64,000 nt of DNA from Planctomycetota bacterium (GCA_038060895.1 JBBTCT010000009.1:48082-112081), one strand, 5' to 3'; positions 20,706 through 30,753 are shown, counted from the stretch's first letter. The notes: a model not told the origin generated them from the letters alone. Numbers and translations are program-made.

Positions 20706-20984
20706 ATGAGCTACCGTTCCAACGCTAAGTCAGCCCGCCACCTCTGGCTGAAGCGGAGTCGACCTGCACTGACCGCGGCGGGGCTTCCCGTGAATGTGAT
20801 CGAGACCGAACGATCGTGGAATTACCTGGTGCTCCACGGCGACGATGCCTTTCAGAGCGGCTGGCTTCCCTCGTTCGTGACGAAGAAACAGGCGTCCCGA
20901 CTCGTCAGCCTGATTGCCCGCTCACCGTTCCGGGACGAAGCCACCGAACTCCTGCGAGTCCTGAACGCCCGAATCCGCGAGTGA
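20706..20984 (+). CDS. Hypothetical protein (92 aa)
   Basis: ATG ORF with protein-like composition between aspS and the YciI-like gene. Confidence 0.6.
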   Translation: MSYRSNAKSARHLWLKRSRPALTAAGLPVNVIETERSWNYLVLHGDDAFQSGWLPSFVTKKQASRLVSLIARSPFRDEATELLRVLNARIRE

Positions 20985-21003
20985 CCCTTTCCCGGAGTGC
21001 CCT

Positions 21004-21327
21004 ATGCGCCAGGTCTTCGCCTGCATCTGGCGGGCCCACGAGCCCGACGCGACCTTCAAGCAGGAAGAATTCGAGAAGCGCATCCCTCGCCTGATGTCCT
21101 GGCTCAAGGACCTCAAGGCAAAGGGGAAGCTCGTCGCCTGCGGCGGCGGCGGGTTTTCGACCCACGCCGGCGGCCTGACGCTTCTTGCGGCCGAAACTCC
21201 CGAAGAAGCGAAGATGCTTTCCGACGGCACGCCGATGAACGAGATCGGGGCCACGGAGATCTTCCTCTGGGATTGCTTCTACGCGGACCTGGTGCACAGA
21301 AAGAACGAAGAGAAGCTGAAGAGCTAG
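21004..21327 (+). CDS. YciI-like (dimeric alpha-beta barrel) protein
   Basis: WLKDLKAKGKLVACG, GGLTLLAAETPEEA..L...P pattern. Confidence 0.65.
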   Translation: MRQVFACIWRAHEPDATFKQEEFEKRIPRLMSWLKDLKAKGKLVACGGGGFSTHAGGLTLLAAETPEEAKMLSDGTPMNEIGATEIFLWDCFYADLVHRKNEEKLKS

Positions 21328-21336
21328 AATGGCCGG

Positions 21337-22203
21337 ATGAAAACGCTTTCGCTGCTCCTGGCGGCTCTCCTGCTCGCGGTCCCCGCGCTCTCCCGCGAGG
21401 TCGCTTCCAGTAAACCCCGCGAAGGCCAGAAGCCCGTCAACGACGCCGTGAACGCTCTCATCACGAAAACGCGTGACGCGGCGATCGTGGAGTCGTGGAA
21501 GAAATCGCCGGGGGACGTGGAGAAGGCTCTGGTGGCGGTCTGGAAGACGTTCACATTTCCGCTCAAGAACAAGTCGATCGCTTCGGTGGAGCTGTTGCTG
21601 GAGTCGGACAAGGGGATCGCGCCGGAATTGAATTTCGGAGACTTGACGGAAAAGGAACGCGTCGCTCACCCGGTCTACGCGGCTTCCTTCATCGTGCGAA
21701 AAAAAGGCCGCGACCTCTCCATCGGCTCGGACAAGTTCGGGCACTTTTTCGAAGAGGGGTTTTTTGTCCGGCAGGTCGCGGCAGAGGATGTCTCGCGCGG
21801 CGACGCACTGGCCGAGGGGATGTCGAAGTGGCTGGAAGGAATCGAACCGGATGCGGAGTTCGTGAAGTGGATCCACAGGAATCCGAAACTGAAGTGCTGG
21901 TGGGCGGATGAGGACGGAAGAAAGTCGTACGACCTGGTGGGCAGCTTCGCAATTCACTCGGCCGGGAAGTTCACGAAGGTTGAGAAGCGATCCAGCCCGG
22001 CCGACGTCGCGGCGAATCTCGCGGGGCGCAAGTGGTTCGACGAACTGGAGGCCATTCTGAAGAAAGCGCCGAAAGATCTCTCCGGGCTCGAGAAACTGCT
22101 CAGGGACAATCCCTTCAAGGTCGAGGAAGTCGTCAGCGAAGCCTGGGACGAGTCCCGGAACCCGAACGTCGAGACGCTCGACCGCGCGCCCACGGCGAAA
22201 TAA
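21337..22203 (+). CDS. Secreted hypothetical protein
   Basis: Signal peptide; IGSDKFGHFF and SPADVAANLAG motifs. Confidence 0.7.
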   Translation: MKTLSLLLAALLLAVPALSREVASSKPREGQKPVNDAVNALITKTRDAAIVESWKKSPGDVEKALVAVWKTFTFPLKNKSIASVELLLESDKGIAPELNFGDLTEKERVAHPVYAASFIVRKKGRDLSIGSDKFGHFFEEGFFVRQVAAEDVSRGDALAEGMSKWLEGIEPDAEFVKWIHRNPKLKCWWADEDGRKSYDLVGSFAIHSAGKFTKVEKRSSPADVAANLAGRKWFDELEAILKKAPKDLSGLEKLLRDNPFKVEEVVSEAWDESRNPNVETLDRAPTAK

Positions 22204-22213
22204 GCTCGCCGCG

Positions 22214-22912
22214 ATGAACGTCGCCGATGTCCGCCGGGAGATGCTCCGCCTCGCAACCCCGCACCGCCGCGCCGTGAATCTCACGTTTTTCAAATGCGGA
22301 CCCGGCGAGTACGGCGAGGGCGACAAGTTCATGGGCCTGTCCGTCCCCCAGGTCCGCGAGATGCTCAAGCGCTTCCGAGATCTCCCCAACCACGGCGTCG
22401 GCATGCTCGTCGAGTCGAGGTTCCACGAAGAGCGTCTCCTGGGGCTGATGTTCATCGTTGACCGCTACCGCCGCGGCGACGACGCCGGGAAGGAACGCTG
22501 GTATCGCCAGTACCTCGCTTCCTTCCCGCACATCAACAACTGGGACCTCGTAGACGGGACCGCAGAGCACGTCGTCGGGCCGTATCTCGAGACGCGCGAC
22601 AAGGCGCCTCTGTGGATGTGGGCGCGTTCCAGGCGCCTCTGGGATCGCAGGATTGCGATGCTCGCGACGTTCGCGTACATCAAGAAAAGCCGCTTCACGG
22701 AGGCGCTCCGCCTCGTCCGCATGTTCCTCCGCGACCCTGAGGACCTCATGCACAAGGCCTGCGGCTGGATGCTGCGCGAAATCGGGAAACGGGACGGCGC
22801 CGTGCTGCGCCGGTTCCTGGAGGCGCACGTCAGACGGATGCCGCGGACGATGCTGCGCTACGCGATCGAGCGGTTTCCCGAGGGAGAGCGAAAGGCCTGG
22901 CTCGCGAGATAG
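22214..22912 (+). CDS. AlkD-family DNA alkylation repair protein
   Basis: FFKCGPGEYGEGD, NNWDLVD, HKACGWMLREIGK, MPRTMLRYAIE. Confidence 0.92.
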   Translation: MNVADVRREMLRLATPHRRAVNLTFFKCGPGEYGEGDKFMGLSVPQVREMLKRFRDLPNHGVGMLVESRFHEERLLGLMFIVDRYRRGDDAGKERWYRQYLASFPHINNWDLVDGTAEHVVGPYLETRDKAPLWMWARSRRLWDRRIAMLATFAYIKKSRFTEALRLVRMFLRDPEDLMHKACGWMLREIGKRDGAVLRRFLEAHVRRMPRTMLRYAIERFPEGERKAWLAR

Positions 22913-22929
22913 GCTACAATTCGCCGCCA

Positions 22930-23955
22930 ATGCCGCGCTCGCACCTCATCGCCTACCTCGTGATCGCCGTGGCGGCCGGGTTTCTCGGCGGCGTCCTGTT
23001 CGAGCACGGCCGCAAACCTTTGCCGCCGACTCCGGAAGGGAAGGGCGGGGAGGCGACCGCTTCGCCGCTCGTGCAATCCGGCATGGTCCCTCCTCCGTCG
23101 GTCGGCCCACAGGCCAGCGCCGATAAGGCAATCGCGGAGAAACGCTGGGGCGACGCCGCGGCCGAGATCCGCGCCGTCATCGCTTCAGGAGAACAGAACT
23201 GGGACGAGGCGCTCTCGCTGATCTTCCGGGTGCTTGCCGTCGACGACATCGTCGAGTACACGCTTCGCGAGGACGCACTCGAGCCGCTCGCCGCTGACAT
23301 CACGTTCCACAAGCATTCCGTTCCGACCGCGCGCGCGTTGCGCACGTTTGAGGCCGAGCTTTATCTCGAGCAGGCCTTCGCGTGGCTCGCGGAAGCGCAC
23401 GAGGGGAAGTTCCTGTTCGAGGCGCTGGAAGGCGCCGATGCGGAGGAACTGCCGCGAATCCTGAGGGCGCTGGAAGGAAACGTCACGAAGGAAATACTGC
23501 CCGAGCTTGCGAAGATGACCCGCGAGGCGCAGGGGCTGGCGCTTCAGATGCAGTACCTGAAGTTGATTGTCTCGCTGGGGCCGGAGGCGGAGCCGGCCTT
23601 GAAGGACCTTGCGAAGTCCCCCGAACGGCTGCTGGCCGAAGCGGCTGCGGCGGCGCTTCAGATGGTGAAACCCCCCGCGACCGGCTTTCTCGTGCAGCAG
23701 GTTCCGGGGCGAGAGGAGCGCCCCAATGGGGCCGGGAAGCGGCTGATGGCGAATCCCGTTCATAGGGGCGACATCGTGACGCAGGTGGGCGATGTGAAGA
23801 TCGACAGCGAAGCGGCGTGGGGAAGAGCGACGGCGAGGTTCGCGGGCAGGGCGATGGTGGAGGTGAAGCTGGTGCGGAAGGGTGAGGCGATGACGGTGCA
23901 GTACCCGACTCCGCTGGGGGCGCCGAAGGGGAAGTTTGTGGTGGCGGTGAAGTAA
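22930..23955 (+). CDS. Membrane-anchored HEAT-like + C-terminal PDZ-like protein
   Basis: N-terminal TM; AEPALKDLAK..ERLLAEAAAAAL; RGDIVTQVGDVKI...VKLVRKGE. Confidence 0.65.
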   Translation: MPRSHLIAYLVIAVAAGFLGGVLFEHGRKPLPPTPEGKGGEATASPLVQSGMVPPPSVGPQASADKAIAEKRWGDAAAEIRAVIASGEQNWDEALSLIFRVLAVDDIVEYTLREDALEPLAADITFHKHSVPTARALRTFEAELYLEQAFAWLAEAHEGKFLFEALEGADAEELPRILRALEGNVTKEILPELAKMTREAQGLALQMQYLKLIVSLGPEAEPALKDLAKSPERLLAEAAAAALQMVKPPATGFLVQQVPGREERPNGAGKRLMANPVHRGDIVTQVGDVKIDSEAAWGRATARFAGRAMVEVKLVRKGEAMTVQYPTPLGAPKGKFVVAVK

Positions 23956-24099
23956 CGCCGCCCCTTGCCCTTGCCCACTGCACGATGGATCCAGCGTGCG
24001 GCGGGCAAGGGCGAGGGAAACGGCCAGGACTTCCGCAAACCTCAGCCCACCCCCGAGCGTTGACACTGTCGCGAAACCCTGCTTCATTCACGCGCAACC

Positions 24100-26016
24100 A
24101 TGGCAAAAGTCACCCTGCCTGACGGCAAGACCCGCGAATACGCGGACGGAACCACCGTCCTGCAGGTCGCGGAATCGATCGGCAAGAGACTTGCGAAGGA
24201 CGCCGTGATCGGCATCGTCGACGACAAACCCGTCGACTTGTCCTTCGCCATCAAGGGCGACGTGAAGTTGAAGCTTGTCACGCGCCAGCAGCCGGAATCG
24301 CTGGATCACCTTCGCCACACGTGCGCGCACATCATGGCCCAGGCGGTTCTCCGCCTTTTCCCGAATACCAGGCTCGCCATCGGGCCACCGATCGAGGACG
24401 GGTTCTACTACGACATGGACCCGGAGAAACCGTTCGCGCCGGAAGACATCGAGAGGATCGACGCGGAGATGCAGAAGGTGGTCGCTGCCAATTTCCCCTG
24501 CGAGCGATCGGAGACCCTTCGCTCGGAGGCGATTGAGCGCTGCAAGAAGGAGAAACAGGACTACAAGGTCGAGATGCTCGGCGAGTGGACCGACGAAAAG
24601 GTCTCCTTCTACAAACAGGGCGAATTCACCGATCTCTGCCGCGGGCCGCACCTCGCTTCCACCGGCGTCGTTCCCGCCGTCAAAGTGCTGAAGGCCACCG
24701 GCGCGTACTGGCGCGGCGACGAGAAGAACAAGATGCTGCAGCGGTTGTATGGGACTGCGTGGTGGTCGAAGGAAGACCTCGACAAGTACATGTTCCGGAT
24801 CGAAGAGGCCAAGAAGCGCGACCACCGCAAACTGGGGCAGGAACTGGACCTCTTCTCCATTCACAACGAGATCGGCGGCGGACTGGTGCACTGGCACCCG
24901 CGCGGGTCGATGATCCGGCACGTGATGGAGCAGGAGTGGTACGCCGATCACATCAAGCGCGGGTACCTGCTGGTGAACACCCCGCACATCGCGAGCGAAG
25001 AGATCTACAAGATCTCGGGGCACCTCGAGGCATACAAGGACCTGATGTTCGGCGCGATGCTGATCGACGAGCGGCCGTTCCGGGTGAAGCCGATGAACTG
25101 CCCCGGGCACATCATGATCTACAAGTCGAAGCTGCATTCGTACCGCGAGCTGCCGATGCGCCTGGCCGAGTTCGGCACCGTGTACCGCTTCGAGAAGTCG
25201 GGCGTGCTGCACGGGATGCTGCGAGTCCGCGGGTTCACCATCGACGACGCGCACATCTTCGTGACTCCGAAAGCCGTCGAGAAGGAGATCATCGACGTCT
25301 TCAACTTCGCGGTCGAGTGGCTCGGCAAGTTCGGGTTCAAGGATCTTGCGATTTACCTCTCGACCCGCCCGGAGAAATCCGTCGGCGCCGCCGCGGACTG
25401 GGAAAGAACCGAGGCCGCGCTTCGCAACGCGCTCGGCAATGCCGGTGTGAAGTACCAGGTGGACGAGGGCGGCGGCGCGTTCTATGGGCCGAAAATCGAC
25501 ATCAAGGTCCGCGATTCGCTCGGCCGCGAGTGGCAGTGCTCCACCGTCCAGTTCGACTTCAACCTGCCCAGCGAGCCGCGCTTCAATCTCTCCTTCGTCG
25601 GCGAAGACGGCAACCGCCAGCAGCCGTACATGGTCCACCGCGCGCTGATGGGCTCCGTCGAGCGCTTCTTCGGCGTCCTCACCGAGCACTACGGCGGCGC
25701 ATTCCCGGTCTGGCTCTCGCCGTCGCAGGCGACCGTCATCCCGATCACCGACGCGCACATCCCGTACGCCGAATCCGTCGCCGCACAACTCCGCAACGGC
25801 GGCTTCCGCGTCGACGTCGACGCGCGCAACGAGCGCACCGGACACAAGATCCGCGAAGCCACACTCCTCAAGACTCCGTACATGCTCGTGGTCGGCGAAA
25901 AGGAAGTCGCCGCGAAGCAGGTGGCCGTTCGCGAAAGAGCGGGTAAGGACCTCGGCGTGATGGATGTCTCGCGCTTCGAGACCCTGTTGCGCGAAGACGT
26001 CGCCGCAAAGCGATGA
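24100..26016 (+). CDS. thrS: Threonine--tRNA ligase
   Basis: TGS domain, RHTCAH, DLCRGPH, KPMNCPGH, GAFYGPKID, HRA..GS.ERF. Confidence 0.98.
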   Translation: MAKVTLPDGKTREYADGTTVLQVAESIGKRLAKDAVIGIVDDKPVDLSFAIKGDVKLKLVTRQQPESLDHLRHTCAHIMAQAVLRLFPNTRLAIGPPIEDGFYYDMDPEKPFAPEDIERIDAEMQKVVAANFPCERSETLRSEAIERCKKEKQDYKVEMLGEWTDEKVSFYKQGEFTDLCRGPHLASTGVVPAVKVLKATGAYWRGDEKNKMLQRLYGTAWWSKEDLDKYMFRIEEAKKRDHRKLGQELDLFSIHNEIGGGLVHWHPRGSMIRHVMEQEWYADHIKRGYLLVNTPHIASEEIYKISGHLEAYKDLMFGAMLIDERPFRVKPMNCPGHIMIYKSKLHSYRELPMRLAEFGTVYRFEKSGVLHGMLRVRGFTIDDAHIFVTPKAVEKEIIDVFNFAVEWLGKFGFKDLAIYLSTRPEKSVGAAADWERTEAALRNALGNAGVKYQVDEGGGAFYGPKIDIKVRDSLGREWQCSTVQFDFNLPSEPRFNLSFVGEDGNRQQPYMVHRALMGSVERFFGVLTEHYGGAFPVWLSPSQATVIPITDAHIPYAESVAAQLRNGGFRVDVDARNERTGHKIREATLLKTPYMLVVGEKEVAAKQVAVRERAGKDLGVMDVSRFETLLREDVAAKR

Positions 26017-26116
26017 GGTTCCGCCTTCGAACGTCTCCCTGGCCACTTCGCCTATTGATCCCCGCTCCACTTCCCGGTTAACCTCCCGCTTCCCCTAAAG
26101 CAAAGGAGACCGCACT

Positions 26117-26626
26117 ACGAGCGTCAAACAGGAATACCGAATCAACGACCGGATCCGCGCCAAGAGGGTCCGTCTTGTGGAAGACGATGGTCAGGCCAAT
26201 ATCGTCACGATCGAGGAAGCGAAGAAGCTCTCGGAAGAGCGGGCTCTCGACCTCGTCGAGGTCGCGCCGGACGCGGACCCGCCCGTTTGCCGCCTGATGG
26301 ACTACGGCAAGTTCAAATACGAGCAGCGGAAGAAAGAGCACGACGCGCACAAGAAGCACCATGTCCAGAAGACCAAGGAAATCCGCCTGACGCCGAAGAC
26401 CGAGGAACACGACGTCCAGACGAAGATCAGGCACTCGCGCCAGTTCATCGAGCAGGGCGACAAGGTCATGGTGAACATGTTCTTCAAGGGCCGCGAGATC
26501 GTGCACCAGGAATTCGGCCGCGCCACGATGGAACAGTTCATCAAGGCGCTCGAGGACATCACCAAGGTCGAGAAGCCGCCCCGGCTCGAAGGCCACAGGT
26601 TGTCCTTGACCCTCATGCCGAAATAA
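26117..26626 (+). CDS. infC: Translation initiation factor IF-3 (probable non-canonical ACG start)
   Basis: RINDRIR, LDLVEVAP..PPVCRLMDYGKFKY, FKGRE; in-frame TAA at 26096; SD AAGGAG 26103-26108; ACG at 26117. Confidence 0.93.
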   Translation, partial: TSVKQEYRINDRIRAKRVRLVEDDGQANIVTIEEAKKLSEERALDLVEVAPDADPPVCRLMDYGKFKYEQRKKEHDAHKKHHVQKTKEIRLTPKTEEHDVQTKIRHSRQFIEQGDKVMVNMFFKGREIVHQEFGRATMEQFIKALEDITKVEKPPRLEGHRLSLTLMPK

Positions 26627-26675
26627 CGCATCTTCTGCGGCCCTTCCAGCCTCCTCGAACGATCAAGAGAGACCC

Positions 26676-26882
26676 ATGCCCAAGCTCAAATCCAACAAGT
26701 CCGCCCGGTGGCGCTTCAAGGTGACCGGCACCGGCAAGCTCATGCGCCGCAAGTGCGGCAAGAGCCATTTGATGTCGAACAAGACGAAGAAGCAGAAGCG
26801 GAATCGCTGCCACGACCACGAGTACATCGGGACGCGGCGGTTCTACCTGAAGCGGCTGCTTCTCGCCGAAGGGAAGAAGTAA
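26676..26882 (+). CDS. rpmI: 50S ribosomal protein L35
   Basis: MPKLKS.KSA..RFKVTGTGK...HL; position after infC. Confidence 0.95.
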   Translation: MPKLKSNKSARWRFKVTGTGKLMRRKCGKSHLMSNKTKKQKRNRCHDHEYIGTRRFYLKRLLLAEGKK

Positions 26883-26885
26883 ACC

Positions 26886-27230
26886 ATGCGCGTCAAATCG
26901 AACGTCGCGCGCCATGCGCGAAACAAGAAGATCCTGAAGCGTGCCCGGGGATTCATCGGCGGTCGCGGCCGGATGCTGCGCCTGGCGAAACAGAGCGTTC
27001 TGCGCGCCGGCGTGCATTCGTACTTCGGCCGCCAGGAGCGAGCGCGCCGGATGCGGTCGCTCTGGATCCAGCGGATCGGCGCCGCCACCGTGGCGCTGGG
27101 AATGAGCTACTCGAAGTTCATCCATGCGATCAAGAAGAAGGGGATTGAGCTGGACCGGAAGAGCCTCGCGCTGCTCGCGATGGACGAACCGAAGGCGTTT
27201 GCGGGCATCGTGGCGATGGCCAAGGGGTAA
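26886..27230 (+). CDS. rplT: 50S ribosomal protein L20
   Basis: RVK...KKILKRARGF.G.R, RSLWIQRI, YSKFIH, LDRKSLA. Confidence 0.97.
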   Translation: MRVKSNVARHARNKKILKRARGFIGGRGRMLRLAKQSVLRAGVHSYFGRQERARRMRSLWIQRIGAATVALGMSYSKFIHAIKKKGIELDRKSLALLAMDEPKAFAGIVAMAKG

Positions 27231-27252
27231 CGCGATCTTTGGCGATTGACAC

Positions 27253-27284
27253 GAGGGCCGGTGAAAACCGGCCCTCTTTTTTTT
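27253..27284 (+). terminator. Rho-independent terminator after rplT
   Basis: GAGGGCCGGT-GAAA-ACCGGCCCTC followed by T8. Confidence 0.9.
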
Positions 27285-27293
27285 GCAGGTGCT

Positions 27294-27404
27294 GTATCCG
27301 CGACTCTTTCCGCGGGATCAGGCTTTATCCGCGTATTCCTTTTCCTTTTTAAAGAAAAGGAATTCGCGGATAAGAGCGAATGGCGCGGAGACGGCCGCGG
27401 ATAC
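27294..27404. repeat. Palindromic intergenic repeat, copy 1
   Basis: GTATCCGCG...CGCGGATAC ends with inner ATCCGCG/CGCGGAT arms; related to 49744-49873. Confidence 0.75.
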
Positions 27405-27427
27405 GACATTCAGGAAAGACCCGGAAA

Positions 27428-28471
27428 ATGCCCGACCCCGACCCCACAGCCCTACAGTCCGAATTCACCGCTGCCCTTGCCGCGGCGAAGGACTCCGCGT
27501 CGGCGGAGCGCATCAAGTCCGACTGGCTCGGGCGGACCGGGAAGCTTCGCAAGTTGACCGAGGAACTCGGGAAGCTGCCCGCAGAGCAGAAGAAGTCCCG
27601 CGGCAAGGCGCTCAACGACCTGAAGCTCGCCTGTGAGTCCGCTGCCGAGGAACGCCTGAATGCGCTCGCCTCGACCGGCCCCAAAGCCGCACCCGCCGAC
27701 TCGATCGACGTGACGCTTCCCGGCACACGCCCCAGGCTCGGCCGGCGCCACCCGATCTACCAGACGATGGACGAGATTCGCGAGATCTTCGCGAAACTCG
27801 GCTTCGAGGCCGCCTACGGCCCTGAAATCGAAACGGCCTACTACAACTTCGAAGCCCTGAACATCCCGCTCGACCACCCGGCCGCCGAGCCGTTCGACAC
27901 CTGGTACCTCGACGACCCGGAGGTCGCCTCGCGCCCGTACCGCTTCCTCCTCCGCTCGCACACGAGCCCCGCGCAGATGCATGTCATGGAAGCGCGGAAG
28001 CCGCCGATCCGGGTGGTCGTCCCGGGAAAAGTGTTCCGGACCGATCCCGCCGACGCGAGCCACCTTCCCGTCTTCCATCAACTCGAAGGCCTCATGATCG
28101 ACGAGGGCGTGACCTTCGCGGATCTCAAGGGCGTCCTCGCGATCGCCATGAAAGAGCTCTTTGGTGCAAACACCGAGACGCGCTTCCGCCCCAGCTATTT
28201 CCCGTTCACGGAACCGTCCGCGGAAGTCGACGTCTCGTGCCTGCTGTGCGCGGGCTCAGGGTGTCCCGCGTGCAAGGGGAGCGGTTGGATCGAGGTGCTG
28301 GGAAGCGGCATGGTGCACCCGAAGGTGCTGGAGTACGCGAAGATCGACCCTGAGAAGTACAGCGGGTTTGCGTTCGGGATGGGCGTTGAGCGGATCGCGA
28401 TGTTGAAGCTGGGCGTGCCGGACATCCGGCACTTCATCCGGAGCCATCCGTTGTTCCTGAGGCAGTGGTGA
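27428..28471 (+). CDS. pheS: Phenylalanine--tRNA ligase alpha subunit
   Basis: IDVTLPG, NFEALNIP.DHPA, LLRSHTS, FRPSYFPFTEPS, GFAFGMGVERIAM; start at ATG 27428. Confidence 0.97.
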   Translation: MPDPDPTALQSEFTAALAAAKDSASAERIKSDWLGRTGKLRKLTEELGKLPAEQKKSRGKALNDLKLACESAAEERLNALASTGPKAAPADSIDVTLPGTRPRLGRRHPIYQTMDEIREIFAKLGFEAAYGPEIETAYYNFEALNIPLDHPAAEPFDTWYLDDPEVASRPYRFLLRSHTSPAQMHVMEARKPPIRVVVPGKVFRTDPADASHLPVFHQLEGLMIDEGVTFADLKGVLAIAMKELFGANTETRFRPSYFPFTEPSAEVDVSCLLCAGSGCPACKGSGWIEVLGSGMVHPKVLEYAKIDPEKYSGFAFGMGVERIAMLKLGVPDIRHFIRSHPLFLRQW

Positions 28472-30471
28472 AGTTCACGACCGACTGGCTTTCCGACTAC
28501 TGCCGCACGGGACTTCCCGCGACGACCGTGGCGGAGCTGTTGACGAAGGCCGGCGTCAAAGTCGAGGGGATCGAGGAGCGCGGGGGCGAGACCGTGATCG
28601 AACTCGAGATCACTGCCAACCGTCCCGATTGCCTGAGCCTCATTGGCGTCGCGCGCGAAGTCTCGGTCGTCACCGGCAAACCGATGCTCGAGCCGGGATT
28701 CAAGCTCGAAACGACGCGTTCGTTCCGGTCACCGGACTGGATGCTCGACGTCCAGGAGCCCGAACTCTGCCCCAGGTATGTCGGGCGGATCGTGAAGGGC
28801 CTCAAGGTCGGGCCGACTCCGACGGCACTTCGCCAGCGGCTCGAGGCGATCGGCCTGCGCAGCGTGAACAACGTCGTCGACATCACGAACTACGTCCTCT
28901 ACGAATGCGGGCAGCCGCTTCACGCATTCGACCTGGCAAAACTGTCCGGCAAGAGCATCCTCGTACGGAAGGGGAAGGCGGGGGAGAAGCTCAAGGCGAT
29001 TGACGGGCGCGACTACGACGTGGCGGGCGCGCTTGTGATTGCAGATGCCGAGAGGCCGGTGGCGATCGCCGGAGTCATGGGCGGCCGGGAAACCGAAGTC
29101 ACCGATTCGACGACGGACATCCTCCTCGAATCCGCGATCTTCGACCCCGTGATTGTCCGCCGCACGTCGCTCAAGCTCGGCCTCGCGAGCGACTCCTCGT
29201 ACCGCTTCCAGCGCGGCGTCGATCCCGCGCGCGTCGATTGGGCCAGCCGCCGCGCGGTGTTCCTGATGCGGGAGCACGCGGGTGCGCGGCCCGACACGAT
29301 GCACCTCGACACGAACCCGGAAGCGGCGGTGAAGCGACAGGTGCAGTTCAAGGTCGCGTCGATTGCGCGGGTGCTCGGGCGCGAGGTGGAAGCGGTGCAG
29401 GCGCGCAAGATCCTCGAAGGGCTAGGGTTCGAGATCCGCGAGGACGTCGACGGGGTCTGGCGGATTGCGATCCCGACCTGGCGCGCCGACGTTTCGCGCG
29501 ATGTCGATCTCGTGGAGGAGGTCGCGCGCGTTTACGGGTACGACCGCATTCCGGCTTCCCCGCGCGTGAACATTGCGCTCGCGGCGAAGAACCCGGCCGA
29601 TCTCGCGGCGGCCGCCGCCAAGGAGGCCCTTCGGGCGGCGGGACACGACGAGGTCCTCACGTTGTCCTTCACGGGCAAGACTGCCGGTGAGGCGCCCTTC
29701 CTCGCTGGTGAACCGGTCGGCGTGCTGGGCAAGACGGGGAAACGGGAAGAGCAGATGCGGCAGGGGATTGTGCCGTCGCTGCTCGATGCGATGCGCATGC
29801 ACGAGGCGTACGGCGAGAAGGAAGCGGACCTGTTCGAGATTGCAAAGGTGTACGCGAAGGACGCGCGCGGATTCCACGAGCGCTCGGTCCTCGGGGTCGC
29901 TTCCTCTCGCGGGTTCGCCCCGCTGAAAGGCGTGATTGAAAACATGTTGGAGCGCCTCGGTGTGCTGGCGCAGGCGACCTTCCGTCCGGCCGAGCGAGCG
30001 CACCTGACGCCCGGCCGTGCGGCGGCCGTAGCCGTGCTGGGAAAGGAGATCGGGACGATTGGCGAGATTTCCGCCGCACTGGCGGTTGCCCACGATCTGC
30101 GGACAAGGCCTGTCGTCGCCGAACTGGACTGGGACGCGCTCGTATCGGCCGCGAAACTGACGCGCCGGTTCGGAGATTTCCCGACCCTGCCAGCCATCCA
30201 GCGAGATATTGCGGTCGTCCTCGACCGTGCCGTGGCCTGGTCCGATGTCGAGGCCGCGGTAAGAATTGCAGCCCCTGCCGGCCTGCTGGAGAGCGTGGTT
30301 TTCTTCGATCTCTATGAAGGGAAAGGAATTCCGGCGGGGAAGAAGAGTATCGCGTTCTCCATCACCCTGCGCGCCCCGGACCGGACCCTGACCTCAGAGG
30401 AAGCCGACAAAGCCGTCCAATCCGTGGTCACCTCCCTCACCCAGAAGTTCCAGGCCGTCCTCCGGGGATAG
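28465..30471 (+). CDS. pheT: Phenylalanine--tRNA ligase beta subunit (short form lacking B2/OB domain)
   Basis: WLSDY, EITANRPDCLS, NNVVDITNY, GQPLHAFD, FDX-ACB (RDIAVV, FDLYEG, KSIAF); 668 aa. Confidence 0.96.
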   Translation: MVKFTTDWLSDYCRTGLPATTVAELLTKAGVKVEGIEERGGETVIELEITANRPDCLSLIGVAREVSVVTGKPMLEPGFKLETTRSFRSPDWMLDVQEPELCPRYVGRIVKGLKVGPTPTALRQRLEAIGLRSVNNVVDITNYVLYECGQPLHAFDLAKLSGKSILVRKGKAGEKLKAIDGRDYDVAGALVIADAERPVAIAGVMGGRETEVTDSTTDILLESAIFDPVIVRRTSLKLGLASDSSYRFQRGVDPARVDWASRRAVFLMREHAGARPDTMHLDTNPEAAVKRQVQFKVASIARVLGREVEAVQARKILEGLGFEIREDVDGVWRIAIPTWRADVSRDVDLVEEVARVYGYDRIPASPRVNIALAAKNPADLAAAAAKEALRAAGHDEVLTLSFTGKTAGEAPFLAGEPVGVLGKTGKREEQMRQGIVPSLLDAMRMHEAYGEKEADLFEIAKVYAKDARGFHERSVLGVASSRGFAPLKGVIENMLERLGVLAQATFRPAERAHLTPGRAAAVAVLGKEIGTIGEISAALAVAHDLRTRPVVAELDWDALVSAAKLTRRFGDFPTLPAIQRDIAVVLDRAVAWSDVEAAVRIAAPAGLLESVVFFDLYEGKGIPAGKKSIAFSITLRAPDRTLTSEEADKAVQSVVTSLTQKFQAVLRG

Positions 30472-30526
30472 GCCTGGCTCCAGGGTCTGCCTCGGAAAAA
30501 ATTGCGTTCCTGAATCATGGCGTTGA

Positions 30527-30663
30527 ACCCCCCGGAAGGGGTGGGGTGCGCGGGGACGGGGTCCGGAGGCGGTGCGGCTCCATGCTTTCGCCCACTCCTC
30601 TCCCTGATCAGGCCGCCCCGCCTCCGGACCCCGTCCTCCGCACCCCGCCCCTTCCCGGGGGGT
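30527..30663 (+). repeat. ~50-bp-stem GC-rich inverted repeat between pheT and the MshEN gene
   Basis: Arms 30527-30578 and 30612-30663 nearly complementary. Confidence 0.8.
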
Positions 30664-30671
30664 GAAAGCGT

Positions 30672-30700
30672 TTGACACTGCCTAACCCCTTCCCTAGACT
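30672..30700 (+). promoter_or_regulatory. Sigma70-like promoter of the MshEN/HU-kinase operon
   Basis: TTGACA-17 bp-TAGACT. Confidence 0.65.
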
Positions 30701-30753
30701 CCGCGCAAGTATTCGGCCTCATCTTGTCCCAAGCGGAGGGGAGGACGCGCCTT

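Noticed and set aside
28465-30471. Short PheT as a pseudogene or novelty
   Set aside because: Clean in-frame absence of the B2 domain with other domains intact; a known natural variant.
30527-30663. 6S RNA call for the hairpin after pheT
   Set aside because: It lacks the central bubble typical of 6S RNA; kept as an unexplained inverted repeat.
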